Source: the human T2T-CHM13v2.0 reference genome, Homo sapiens
NCBI RefSeq assembly: GCF_009914755.1
Contig: NC_060930.1
Reading direction: 5' to 3' (one strand)
Length of the DNA stretch: 64,000 nt
Shown here: piece after piece, positions 32,891 through 52,717 of the stretch
How positions within the stretch are numbered: the first letter of the stretch is position 1
Layout of the letters: each line of letters opens with the position of its first letter
The notes under the pieces: generated by a model
What the model was told of the DNA's origin: nothing
Seen by the model: the letters and a program-made list of their open reading frames with translations, nothing else
Database searches by the model: none
Position numbers and translations under genes: made by a program

Positions 32891-34157
32891 TTGTAAATAC
32901 AGAACCTTTAGAGTGGTTCTTGGCATATTGTAAGCATTTGAATGTTAACTGTTTTTACTACTTATCTGCCTGTGTCCCTGTCAATGAAGTGAACCCTGGT
33001 CCTCTCCTTTCCCCTCTGCTCTGTCTTCTTCAGTGGGGTAGGGAGAAATCCTGCCTGCACCAAGTCACACAGTGGGTGTGTCCTGAAAGAATTCTTTTCA
33101 TCATCTTGGAATGCTGTCCTTGGGATTCAGCTGACTTCCCTCAATCGGGACTCATACATCAAGAGGTCAAGAGTATAATTATCTCAGCTACTGTGAAGCC
33201 ACAGAAAAGCACTTGCTGAGTCTGGATGTAAATTTATTGTGAAATTTAACAAAGAAAAAGTCACCTCCTTCTTTCCCTTTCTTCTCTTCAACTCAAATTG
33301 CATTTTAAAAGGTCTTCGGTTAGGATAAATAGATGTCATTTATCTACCATTAAAGGGCCTATCCTTCTTGGTTTGGGACATGTAAATACCTTCCTGAAGC
33401 ACATGAGATGCCTTGGCTATTTACACCCTTTTCTGGGGGCAAGCATGCTTTCGTTCTTTTCTTTGACAATTAAAAATAAAATAAAACAGCTAGAAAGAAA
33501 AGTATAAGAAATTGTGGTGAGCCATAATTTTGATTATCAGGAATTTCTCACTCAGTTGATAAAGGGGTCAACCAATCTTCACTGTGTGTTTATCATAATT
33601 TATTACCCATGATGGTTTATCCCTCTAAATATGGTTCATCTGTGATATTTACAATAATTTTATGCAGATGTAGGTTACTTTTTGCATATAAACTACAAAA
33701 GATGGTGAACTTTCTCTTTTCAAGAAGAAATTCAGGAGGTAGTTTTAGGGGACTTAGTAGAGAGGCTGGTAAACCCTATTTTATGATTTTTAAAAAATAA
33801 AAATTTGAATGTAGTTTTAAAAAATATGTTTAAAGCAGAATATTTTGGTTCTGTTTCTAACTAGCTGTATGATCCTGGGCAAGTTAATTAACACATTTGG
33901 TTCTTTTTTGTAAAAGAAGTGTGCTAGTTTTCCAATATCTAGGATTTCTTCCAATGATAAAGTTCAGTGATTATATAAAATAAAAAGACTAATCAATTGA
34001 AGCTACACAGTGTTTTTAACCTTGTGTATGTATAATCATCATACATTGAAAGCCTTTTACATTGAAAGCCATAATTGAAAGCCTTTTAAAAAAAGTTATT
34101 TGAAAAAATTCATGTGCTTGAGCTCTGTCTACTAACATTGTGGTTTAGTTTGTCTAG

Positions 34158-34479
<322 letters not shown>

Positions 34480-35487
34480 GGGAAGTGTGTTTTTTAATCA
34501 AAGTTCCTCAGAGACTCTTCTGATGTACAGTAAGAATTGAGAGTGACTAATTTGCTATCAGTGATTCTTAAATGGAGAGAACATGAGTCCCAGAGAATTT
34601 AGGAAACCTCTGGGATTTTTCCAGAGTAAACTGTGTATTTGCACAAATTTTGAAACTGTAACTTAAAGATGTGCATGCCCTCCTATAATTAATAAATCTT
34701 GGGTTAAGAGTCTCTGATCCAGGAATCCCTTCCAGGATTCTGTTTTTATGAACTTCTACTAATCAAATTTATTATATCAAGTAGGATAGGATTATAATGA
34801 CCACTATGGCCACTGATGTGTCTGGTAGAAAATTCCATTGAGAGCCAGAGACACAGACATTTATGTTGAAACTAGGAAATAATGGAAATAGGGGATTTTT
34901 GTGTTTTTTTTTTGGCTTTGGCCTTGTTTACTGAGATGTGACCTTTCCGATAGGTTTCTTGACATCTTTGGAATGCAAAATTGGGGATACTAATATTTGC
35001 CACCAGGTAATATTTATTTAATGATGTGAGAACCCAGGGTGTTAGTTGACTGTAACTGTGATTATTAACAGGAAAATGCGATCAGAAATAATGGCACCTT
35101 TGTTATCACTGTGATTTTTTTTTTCCAATGGCACTGAAGGAAAAGTGATATTTGTTATCAAATCAGGCAGGGAATTTACAAATGATAACGAGTTAGAGAG
35201 GCTGCATTCTTTCTAGTATCTCACTCTACTTGTCACAAGTATCTTTCTCTTATGGAAAGATAAAAACACTTGATTTGGGCCATAAATTCACTCTGTCTTC
35301 TATCACCAGGGCCCTAGGAATCCTTGAACAATCTTGACCTCTTCCTATTCTTCTTTGATTGAAAGGATGCTTATTATGTGGTGATAGCTTTAGGAGGGCA
35401 AAGGAAAAACAGCAAATATATCAGTACAATTTCCTAAGAAAGGAAGCTTCTGTGGCCTTTTGGAGGGCAGAAATGCATACTTTTTAT

Positions 35488-35909
35488 TGTGATGGTGTTG
35501 TGGTGGTGGTGATGACGATGGTGATGGTGAGGGTGGCGGTGATGGAGGTGATGGCAGTGGTGATGATGGCATGGTGGTGGTGGTGATGATGAATGGTGAT
35601 AGTGATGATGGTGATGGTGAGGGTGAGGGTGGCGGTGATGGAGGTGATGGCAGTGGTGATGATGGCGTGGTGGTGGTGGTGATGATGAATGGTGATAGTG
35701 ATGATGGTGATGGTGATGGTGAGGGTGGCGGTGATGGAGGTGATGGCAGTGGTGATGATGGCGTGGTGGTGGTGGTGATGATGAATGGTGATAGTGATGA
35801 TGGTGATGGTGATGGTGAGGGTGACGGTGATGGAGGTGATGGCAGTGGTGATGATGGTGTGGTGGTGGTGGTGATGATGAATGGTGATAGTGATGATGGT
35901 GATGGTGAT
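35488..35909. repeat. GGT/GAT-based minisatellite, 96-bp period, ~4.3 copies
   Basis: Marker 'gaatggtgatag' recurs at 35591, 35687, 35783 and 35879, exactly 96 bp apart. Confidence 0.95.
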
Positions 35910-36552
35910 TTTCCTCCCTCCACCCAACAACTTACACAAGAGCTTTGTGGATAGACCTAAGTGTTAATTGGTTTGGCTAAGAGTAAGCATTAAAAGCAAA
36001 CACTCCCAATTCCCCAATTTTTCAATGTTAGATTCTAATGGATTTCTTCTGTTTGCAGTTGATTATCCTTGCCTTGATTACAAGTCAATGTTCTAGCAGA
36101 GTAAAGTCATTACTGGCCTTAATTTTCACAGCCTGGCACGGTTGGAGACTGCAGTGATAGAAATGGAGTGGCTAAAAAGAATTTAACTTTTTTTATTTTG
36201 AAAGTGCTGTGGGACCCTCTCAGCTATAGAATACTTGACAGACCAGATATTTCCGTGTATATACACAGCCTAGCTTTTGAAATAGCAGAATTGGATATAC
36301 AAATTACTATCTCACTATCCATAGTGGAAAGTGTTCTTTCTGTAGGTTGGGAGCAAGTCTGGCGATTGGTTTAGGGGCGGGTCCAGTGGGCTGGGTCCTG
36401 CTTGTCTTCAGTCCCAAGCTTCCTGTTGTACTGTATTTGACCTGAAACTAGCTGCTGATATGACATCATCTTGGGTGTTGCTGGCACATTTTTTTTTTCT
36501 TTTCTCAGTAGATGTACACTTAATTATTTTTCCTTTTCAAAACATAATATAG

Positions 36553-36831
36553 GATGGGTGCACAGTGGCTCATGCCTGTAATCCTAGCACTTTGGGAGGC
36601 CACCTCTGGAAAATTGCTTGAGCCCAGGAGTTTGAGACCAGCCTGGGCAATATGGTCAAACCCTGCCTCTACAAAAATAAAAAATAATAAAAGTAGCCAG
36701 ATGTGGTGGCACATACCTATAGTCTCAGCTACTAGGAGGCTGAGGTGGAAGGATCTCTTGAGCCTGCTGTGAGCCGTGATTATGCCACTGCAGTCCAGCG
36801 TGGGCCACAGAGCAAGACCCTGTCTCAAAAA
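36553..36831 (+). mobile_element. AluJ
   Basis: ttgcttgagcccaggagtttgag, gaggtggaagga J-type motifs. Confidence 0.88.
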
Positions 36832-37419
36832 ATCCGCCCCCCTCCAAAACCACACAAAGGAGTTTTGGCTTGCTTTGCATACCCTATAGGTATGTCTGGC
36901 TCTTTCTGATGAGTGAGGTATTGTCCTCCTGTTTTCCTCCTTCCAAAGAAGTATCTGTTGACATAATATGCTTTTCAATCATCATTATTATAGAGCAGTC
37001 TGAGAAACCTTTAGGGCAAGTCAGGAAACCCCCGGCTTCCAGAGCAACTTTTCAACCCCTGAAAGACAGGCCTAACCAGACAGCAGCAGTTCATGTTTCT
37101 GTATTTGTAGAGATTTCGCTAGTGATAATCAAAGACCTCACAGAAGAGTGAAACATTTTATTTAGAATTGTATGTTAGGTGAAGTGAGCAACTCTCCAGG
37201 TGTCATTTTCCATCCGTGCACATCAGTCCTGACACGCCAGTGGTATAGTGCGGGAGCTCTTTGCTTAATGCAGAAATGAAGTCAAATTGCTCAGGTCAGC
37301 CTCAGCTATTTGGGGCTCTCAGACTCTGCTTTTTTCCCCCATTTCCTGGCTCCTCAGTATCTTTTACAACCCTCTGCTATGAGAGGTTTCTGCTAAGAGG
37401 GCTACTACTTTTCATTTTA

Positions 37420-37973
<554 letters not shown>

Positions 37974-39172
37974 TCGTACTTTTCATTTTAGATGCTTGGT
38001 AGCATTGGTTTTTCTGGATTCTGGCAGTGGTCAAATATTTTTCTAGAGCCCTGGCTAGGTGCCTGTCATACCTTATTTTGTCTGCTGAGCAGCTAAAATT
38101 TGGTGGAATCCTCCTGTACTTTCCCGCTCTTCACCTCAATCCTCCTGCCAGGAGTTTTACACACTTGGGTGTCCAACTCTAATCCAAAGCAAGGAAACTA
38201 TTTGCTTGGATCTTGTAATTCCTGCCGTCTTTGTTAGTTCTAACTCTTCTGTTGCCTTCTCACAGATATCAAAAAGCAATAGAATTTGTCCTTGCCATAT
38301 TTACTTTTTAACTAATGTACTGTATTTTACCTTTACACCACCCACTCTAAGAAGACTTGGTAGCCTATTTGTGGCATGCAGATATATTCACAGAAAAACA
38401 TAGGGGAAGGAAGAGGATGTGAGTAGGAAACAGGAGAGAATTGCATGTGGTTTTGATGAGAACTTCACCTGAGAAGAGCCTGCTATCTTTGGGCTCTGTT
38501 TCATCAGTTGTTGGAATCCTTTTCAGGCCGGAGCGGGCAGGAGGCAGGCCTGTTTCTCATCCTCCCTTCCAGAAGTGAAGTTAAACGTTGATGGCAGAGC
38601 ATTGCATGAGAGCCATTGCATGGCTTTCATGATGATCGCTTTAGAACAGTTGTGGACAAACTTTCTGAAATAAGGGAAGCTATGCATAGTTAAACTTTAA
38701 GTCAATTTCCAATCAGTGCTCCTTGCCAGTGAAGCATTTCTTGTAAGATGACAAGAATGGTAAGAATATGTTTTCTATGTTTGATTTCTTTTATCCCCAG
38801 GAACTTCAACAACTCTTATAAATCACTGATTCCTATACCTTTACCTTCAGTCTCTTTGGTCTCCTAAAATCCATGTTGCTGTTTCCAAAATTTAATACTG
38901 CTTTAAGTCTCCATCTAGCTGCCTAGGAGGTATATCACATTAAACATGAATGTGTTCAGAGAGAATCTGTTATTTTTACTCAACTTTTTAATCTTGTCTT
39001 CTCTACCTTTAAACTGCTGTCTAAGTGGGAGGATGGGATCCACCCTTGACTCTTCCTCACAGCTAATTGGATCACAGAGTCTTTTTTATTGTATCTAAAT
39101 ATCCCTAGAATTTGCCCTTCCTATTTCTGTGGCTATTGTTTTAAAGTTCAGTCCCTTTTTATTACTTGCTAG

Positions 39173-39513
<341 letters not shown>

Positions 39514-40486
39514 TAGGCAGGATTTTTGAGGAAATTTCTGATTACATCTTTCCCCTGCCTCAAATCCTCCAGGGTATCTTAAGACCCTTCCTAAACTGTC
39601 TTTTCTAAGTCCTTCTCCCATTTTACCTCTCCTCATTCTGTTTAAGGTGCCCTAGTTCAAGTGTTAAGAAATCATGCTGTTTGATTCCGTATGAATGGAT
39701 TCATCCTTCTCTTGGCTCCTCCTCTTGTCACACTCCCTCCCGGACACTGTCCTGCTCACTCAGAAGCCTAGCTCAAAGTCTTCTTTGTGAAGCATTTGTC
39801 AATATACTTCTGTCTGTGGACCCTTTGTTATAAAATATCATATTAGATTGTAATTGTTGTTTATATGTCTGTCTTCCCCACTGAACTGGGTATTTCTCAA
39901 GAGCAATGACCGTGTAATGTCTGGCACCTGATAGACAGTCAATATTTGTTGAATGAATGTCAGTTGAGGATAGAGGCTATGGGTGTTACACCCTTCTTTT
40001 TTTTTTTAATGCAGATCATGGTGACAATGCATACCTTATGTATATCAATAATGCTCCCACAATTTAGTTTTTAGCATATTTTCCTTTTACCTTTAAAATA
40101 ACTACATTGCTACCTGTTGGAGATGAGAGTGGAATTTTAAATTAGAAAATTTGGAAACACTGATACAATACACACTTAAAACATTAAAATAAACCATAAC
40201 CAACCCCTCTTTCATTGGACACATTTAAAAGGATATCTCTACCCTGACCTATGCCCTTATTAAGTCAACTCTTATATTTCTTGAGATTAGAAAGTCACCT
40301 GTATGTCTCAAGTGTCTAAAAGTTGTTCATATCTCAGAAATGGAGAGCCTTTTAATCATAGAATGTCTAAACTTATCTAAGGGTAGGAGGAAGCTAGACA
40401 AACTAGATTAGATCAAGGCTTTTCAAATCTCAGCATTGAGTTAATTAGGTTTTATAGCGCTGAATTCTTAAATGAATATTGCTGTT

Positions 40487-40954
40487 TGTATTAGTTCGTT
40501 TTTACACTGCTGTAAAGATACTACCTGAGACTGGGTAATTTATAAAGAGAAGACATTTAATTGACTCACAGTTCTCCATGGCTGGGGAGGCCTCAGGAAA
40601 TGCAGTCATGGCGGAAGGAGAAGGGGAAGCAAGATACAAGTTACATGGTAGCAGGAGAGAGATATATCTATAACACACCTATATATGTATACATATACAT
40701 GTACACGTATACACACGTATACATATATATACATAGAGAGAGTGAGAGAGAGTGTGTGAGTGTATGAGGAAGTGCCACACTTTAAAGCCATCAGCTTTTG
40801 TGAGAACTCACTATCACGAGAACAGCGTGGGGGAAACTGTCCCCCTACCCCCGTGATCCAATCACCTCCCCCCACGCCCCTCCCTCGACATTGGGTGGGT
40901 GGGATTACAGTTTGAGATGAGATTTGGGTGGGGACACAGAGCCAAACCATATCA
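40487..40954 (-). mobile_element. THE1-type (THE1D-like) MaLR solo LTR with internal microsatellite
   Basis: tgtattag...ctacctgagactgggtaatttataaag...gggacacagagccaaaccatatca; 5-bp TSD ctgtt/ttgtt; (TA/CA/GA)n insert ~40655-40765. Confidence 0.88.
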
Positions 40955-41617
40955 TTGTTATTAACAAATTGCAAGATGATTAACAGAAAAACAGGGGAAA
41001 GGGACCCTATTAAAAATTGTAGTTTTAAGTGACTTATAAGCAACTAGTTAAGGAATAGTCATTTATTTAGTATGAGATTACAGTTGTAGAATATGGCTCA
41101 AAGGGTTCCTTAATGCTCCACACCAATATTGGCAGCACCACAGCGGGCACAAACTCAGCCTAGCTTCTGATTTCCAAATGACTTCAGTAGTTCCATAGAC
41201 TTAATTCTCTCCTGATTTTTAATACACAATGGACTTAATTACATATAATTTTCACAGTTTCAAATATAATACATATAAATGAAACTACTTTAGAAGTTTA
41301 CCTATTGATTTTCAATTTCTAAATATTTGGAGACTTTCCTATTATTGACTTCTAATTTAATTGAATTATAACCTGAGAACATGCATTGTATGATCACAAT
41401 CTTTTAAAATTAGTTGAGGTGTTTATTTTTTTTTCTCAAATGACTCAACCTATGATTTCTCTTGGTGTATGTTCCATTTACTCTGGAAAAGAATATGTAT
41501 TTTGCTGGTGGTGTTGGGTGGAATGTTCAACTAGATTCAATTGGTTAACATGACATTCAGTGCTTGGCTATCCTTGTTGGTCTTCTGTCAACTAGTTCTA
41601 TCTCTTACTGAGAATAG

Positions 41618-41962
<345 letters not shown>

Positions 41963-42008
41963 AGATTTATCTATTCTTAAAAAAATTTTTTTAATCAGTT
42001 TTATTTGA

Positions 42009-43486
<1,478 letters not shown>

Positions 43487-43702
43487 CTAATTTTTGTTTG
43501 CCTTATACTTTTTGTAGTTTACTTTTAACCTACCTATATAAATATATTTGAAGTCAATTTCTTATAAATAGACTATATTGAGTCATAGTTTTTAGTCCAA
43601 TATGACAATCTCTGACTTTTAATTGTGTTTTAGACCATGTGCATTTATTGTAATTATTGATACATTTGGATTTAGATCTACCATTTCATTATTTCTTGTT
43701 TG

Positions 43703-43707
<5 letters not shown>

Positions 43708-43733
<26 letters not shown>

Positions 43734-44000
43734 GAGATAGCATGTCGCCTTGTCACCCAGGCTGACAGTGCGGTAGCATGATCAGGGCTTACTGCAGCCT
43801 TGACCTCCTGGGCTCAAGCAATCCTTCTACCTCAACCTCCCGAGTAGCTGGAACTACAGGCGTGTACCACCATACTTGGCTAACTTTTAATCTTTTGTAG
43901 AGATGGAGTCTCCCTATTTGCCCTGGCTGGTCTCAAGCTCCTGGGCTCAAGCGGCCTCCCCAAGTATTGGGATTATAGACGTGAGCCACCACATCTGGCT
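43708..44000 (-). mobile_element. AluJ
   Basis: actgcagccttgacctcctgggctcaagc J-type motif. Confidence 0.88.
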
Positions 44001-44573
44001 TGTTTCTCTTTTTTATTGTTGTTTTCTTTTTTTACTTCTGACTTTTTTTTTATATTTGAGCATTTTTAGTATGGCCTGTTAATTTATTATGATTTTGACG
44101 ATATCTCTTTGTATAGCTTTTTTAGTGGTTGCTCCATGGATTACAAAATACATATTTAACTGCTTAACATCTACTTATAGTTAGTATTTTATTACTTTCT
44201 TGGGGATGTAATACACTTACCATCTTATAAGTTCCTTTCCACTCCCTCTTTTACATCTTTATTGTCTATGTGTAACATCTGCATACATTGAAAATCTCAT
44301 TAGGTACTTTTTGCTTTTGACTATCAAACACAATGTAAAGAGTTGAAGAGTAATATATTTTATTCAGATACTCATCATTTCTGTCACTCTTCCTTTGTTC
44401 CTGTTACTCATGTTTCCTTCTATTGTCATTTTCCTTCTGTCTGAAGAACTTCCTTTAGTAATTCTTTTAGAGCAAGTTTGCTGACTATACAGTGTGAAAG
44501 TTTCCCTTAATCCACAAATGCCTTTATTTTATCATTATTCCTGATAGATGCTTTCACTGGATACAAAATCTAG

Positions 44574-44904
<331 letters not shown>

Positions 44905-45311
44905 AACAGTTCATTATTTTAGATTGACAAGTATTTACTTTAAAAGATGACAGTTCTTTAAAAGTTTTTTGCTACTTCCTTCTGGTCTTGATAGTTTATG
45001 TTAAAGATCCATAATCATTCTAATCATTGTTTTCTAATCAATGTTACTTTGATGTAATGTATCTGTCATTCTACTCTGCTTTGAAGATCATTTTCTGTCT
45101 TGAGTTTTTTAAAATATTGTGGTAATTTTACCATTTTAACCATTTTACAATGTGTAATTCAGTGGTGTTAATTACATTCACAATGTTGTGTAACTATCAG
45201 CATTCTCTGGTTTTAGAATATTTTCATCACCCAAAACAGAATGTCCTTAGTTTTTAGCAGTTTATCTTAGCATGAATTTGTTTGAATTTACGCTATTTAG
45301 GATTTGCATAG

Positions 45312-45907
<596 letters not shown>

Positions 45908-47648
45908 TAGGGACTTCAAGGACCTGAATGTTAGACCTTCTGTTATTCAGTCATATATTTCTGAAGTTCTGCTCATATAATTCTTAACCTGTTTCTTCCT
46001 GTTATTCAGAGTAGGTAATGTCTATTGATTTATCTTCAAGTCCAATAACCTTTTCCCCTGTCATCTCCACTCTGCTTTTGAGTTCATCCAGTGAATTTAA
46101 AATTTTGATTTTCATTTCCAGTTCTAAGATTTCCATTCATTTCTTTTTTGTATTTTCTATTTCATTGCTAAGACTTTATTTTAACATTTGTTTCAAGAGT
46201 GTTTATGATTGCTCATTCAAACATAAAAGAAGTGCTCTATCATATAGTAGCTGCCTTAAAGTCTTTTTCACATAACTTCAGCATCTGTATTATGTTGCAT
46301 TGATATGTGTATCTTTTTCTGTGTGAGTTGAAATTTTCATGGTTGTTGGTATGAGTTGAAATTCTCATGGTTCTTGGTATGTTGAGTAATTTTGGAATCT
46401 CTCCTAGATATTTTGATGATTATGTTATGAGTCTCTGGGTTGTGTTTAATCCCATGGAAATTTTTTTTTTTTTTTTTCTCTAAGCAGGCAATTGATCTGG
46501 TTAGGTTCAGGCTCCAAGTTCCAACCTAACTTCAGGGGGTTGGATACTCAAGGGAGTATCAGTTTACTTTTCAAAGTCCTTGAAGTACTCTTCGGTTCTA
46601 GTCTGTGAGTGTGCCACCTTGTGGTCAGTCTGTGACCTGTGCAGTGCGTCTATCTGTTAGTTCCATTCTCTGAGCCTTTGGTATGCTAATTACAATTGAT
46701 GCAAACATTTAAGGGTTGGTGATGATCCCTGGAATTCATGAGCAACTCTATGGTGTCACTTTCCTGAACTACTCCTCTGTATTCTCCTTGGAACTTTTTA
46801 GCTCCTTAGGGCTCCCCCTTTCAGTCTTTTAGGAGCTACTGTGAACTTCCTTATTTGGGACTTTCTCTGGGCCCAAGCAAGAGAAGGATGGTGAGAGTTA
46901 AAAAAGCAATAGAGGTCGGCCTCATCACACCTCCACTAAATGGAGAGAAAGGTTCCCCTCCCTCAGTTTTCCTTCTTGCTGACCGCTTTACTGGTCATTG
47001 CCCTCACTGTCCTGGAATTGCCTGGAAGCAACCTCATGAATGACAGACACAAAAGAGCAGAAACAACAGAGAACAAAGTCAAGGATTTCACACCGTCCAT
47101 GAGTGTTAGGAGCCCTCTTGTTTGTCCATGAGCCATAACTAGAGGGCTTCTGGAGCATTCTCCTTCACTGCAGCAGTGCTCATTTCTAGGTTTCCAGCTT
47201 GATTAAGTTCAGGCCTGAGGCTACTAGGAGAAAATAAATGGTAAACCCACTAGTAGTTTGATTGCAACTTTGATTCCAGTGGTCTTCCATGATTTCCCTG
47301 ATGCTATTCACTTTCTAGAATTTTTTCCAGTAGTTGCTTTATATCTGTTCAGGTTGTATGCTTCTGTTCAGTGGGAGAAATGAGTGAAGTGTTTTTATGC
47401 CATTTCACCCAGAACCAGAAGTCTGACCTAATCCATATTGATTTTGTACATAGGAGGTGGCCGCTGTTCCTTTCCACGTTAAAGCAGTCGTGCGTGTAAA
47501 TTGTGGGGACTATAGTCACTTCTACATTGTACATGAGTCCTGTGAGGCTTTAGGTAGTCTGAATTATCATGTAATATAATTAGGTTATATGTATATGGAA
47601 TTATGATGGGAATCTAGGTAAGGAGACAAAAAATTAAGACGTCATATG

Positions 47649-47937
47649 AGGCCAGGTAAGGTGGCTGATGCCTGTAATCCCAGCACTTTGGGAGACCAAA
47701 GCAGGAGGGTTGTTTGAGTCCAGGAGTTTGAGACCAGCCTGGGCAACATAGTGAGATACTGTGTCTACAAAAAAATACAAAACTTAGCCTGGCGTGGTGG
47801 TGCACACCTGTAGTCCCAGTCCCAGCTACTCTGGAGGCCAAGATGGGAAGATGCAGTGGGTCATGATTACACCACTGTATTGCAGCCTTGGTGAAAGAGG
47901 GAGACCTTGTCTTAAAAAAAAAGAAAAGAAAAAGAAG
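47649..47937 (+). mobile_element. AluJ
   Basis: J-type motifs; right-arm deletion. Confidence 0.87.
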
Positions 47938-48319
47938 GCATACAATATGTATGTATAGATTTGCGTGCACACACATAATGATACTTTTGATAAGCTTAAT
48001 TAATAACAGGCTAAGCCTCCAGTGATTATATTATTGTCCTCAAGGAGCATCCCTCTACTTAATATGTCATTACTATTCTAAAGGATAAACATATCTAATT
48101 CAAGAGAATATTAATCTTTGTCAAATGTTTGATATAAAAACATTAATTTTCCTGTATCATCATTCTCCATATTTTTGGCAATTAAGAGAGAAAGCTCATA
48201 ATGATTGTCAAAAAATAGCTTTAAAAAGTTGGTGGTAGAGTTAGAAGACTATGTTTTGTACACTAGGATTTAGCCTTTTTCCAAAAGAGACCAGAAGAAG
48301 AGATTCTGCCATTTCCTGA

Positions 48320-48740
48320 CTGAGTCATGGGTCACTCGAAGAAACTGAACCTATTTATCTATTAATATTTCAAGCAGGGTAGGAGTCAATACAGGGAATT
48401 AGGTTGTAACTGTTAAAAGGACTAGAGCAGCAAATGAATGGTGGAGGTGTCGGTGTTTCCTAGACCAGTAACTGCAGGAAACTATTACTTCTAATGCCAG
48501 AGTATGTCTTCGTCGCCCCACCACGGCCTACTCAGTCACTACAGGAGACCAGCGCCTAGAGCTTGTGTTACAAGACTCTGTACAAATCTGCTGCTGCTAT
48601 TGCTGCCAGAGTCAAAGACAAATGGATTCTGCCATCTTCCAGTTTTGTATAAGTGCCTTTGAAAGAACCTAAACCTAGAACCTTGCTGGCCAAGGAATCT
48701 GAGAAATATAGTTTCCAGACTTAGAACCCCTGTGATCGTG
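48320..48740 (-). mobile_element. ERVL-type LTR relic (LTR33/LTR41-like)
   Basis: 'aatacagggaattagg', 'cagtaactgcaggaa', 'gaaccttgctggccaaggaatctgagaaatatagtttccag' resemble remembered LTR33-group text. Confidence 0.4.
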
Positions 48741-49234
48741 TTAGATCTTAGAGAAAAATAAGGATGGCTCTAATTAACATAAGTATTCATTGACATCTTT
48801 GTATTTGGTTTACATAATATTGTGTGCTGTCTGATAGTGAAGACTCTAAGCTGCTTGAAGGTAGGAATAGGTCTCATATACTTTTATAATCCCACAAAGC
48901 GTAGCACAGTGCCTTATGCTTGTGCAGTTTTCTTCTATATAATTATTTCATATAACTGTAACCCAAACACTAAGCATGCCTTCAAATGAAAGATCAATCT
49001 TCTTTATCACTGGTCAGTTCCAGAGCCATCAATTAAAGAATCTGAGGCCTTCTTCTCATTAGTCCCTGAGGCAAAAGTCAAGGAAACTTAAGACTGTATT
49101 CCGTAGGATTCCTGAGCTAGGTCATCAGTATATTACATTTTTCTACTTAAAGAATAGTATTAGATTTCTTACAAGATGAGGGCTTTGGAGGCATAAGTAT
49201 ATGCAGGTAGGTCAATTAATAGTTGCCCAAGTGA

Positions 49235-49565
<331 letters not shown>

Positions 49566-49732
49566 TTAGAGAACTGTTTTGTGGTGGTGTGGTGCATTCT
49601 GTGCTTGGTGAAACAGAGGAGAAATTTCTGACTCACCCTCCCAGATGTAGTGGAAAAAAAAAAGATCAAAACATTCTGTAATATTAAGTAATAATAATAA
49701 CTTCTTATTTTTTCTAGTCTAACAAATGATGA

Positions 49733-50811
<1,079 letters not shown>

Positions 50812-51357
50812 ATGAGTATACTTTTTATTGCTAGGTAATATTTTGTAATATTTTACTAATTAGGTCCGCCATAGTTTACATTTCCTTATCGTTGAACACT
50901 CCTCATTTGCCATTACAAATAATGCTGCCTGACATATTGTGCCTAAAATTTTTCAGGCTTTTGATCATTTCCTTAAGCTGAAGCTTTAGGACCAGACCTT
51001 TTTGGGTTAAGTAAATTAAGGATTTATTTTTCTTTATATTTCAAATAATTTTTTAAAATTAAAGTATAACACACATGTGGAAAGTACACAAATCATACGT
51101 ATAAAGCTCAGCTCAATGAATATTTATAAATTCTTTCACATAGGCAGCATTTGATTAATTGCCAGCACCTCGGAAACTATTGTCATGCCTTCTCTTGGAT
51201 TAGTTTTGCCAAATTTATAACTTTATATAAATGAAATATTACTGCATATATGTTTTTGAGTTGGGCGGTTTATTTTCCCCTCAACATCATGTTTGAAAGG
51301 TTCAAAGATGTTACTATCACTATTTTGTTATATGAATATACTTTATCCACCCTACCA

Positions 51358-52018
<661 letters not shown>

Positions 52019-52280
52019 TTATCGTAATTTTAATTTGCATTTCCTTCTAATGACTAATGAAGTTGACAGCCTTTTCTTATGCTTAGTAGACATTTGGATA
52101 TCCTCTTTTTTTACATTTATTTATTTTTTATGGGCAGATAATAGATGTACATATTTTCAAGGTAAATGTGATAATTTGATACATTCATATAATAAAATCA
52201 GGGTGGATATCCTTTTGAAGGACTTATTCAAGTTTCTTACCCATTTTTAAATGGATTATGTTTTTCTTCTTGGCATCTAA

Positions 52281-52717
<437 letters not shown>

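Noticed and set aside
35488-35909. CRISPR-like or other repeat-spacer array
   Set aside because: Units are contiguous near-identical tandem copies with no unique spacers, and the DNA is primate.
35359-35954. Long low-complexity ORFs (Pro/Ser-rich, poly-His/Thr/Ile, Gly/Asp-rich)
   Set aside because: They are by-products of the triplet-based 96-bp minisatellite; there are no supporting splice signals or promoter.
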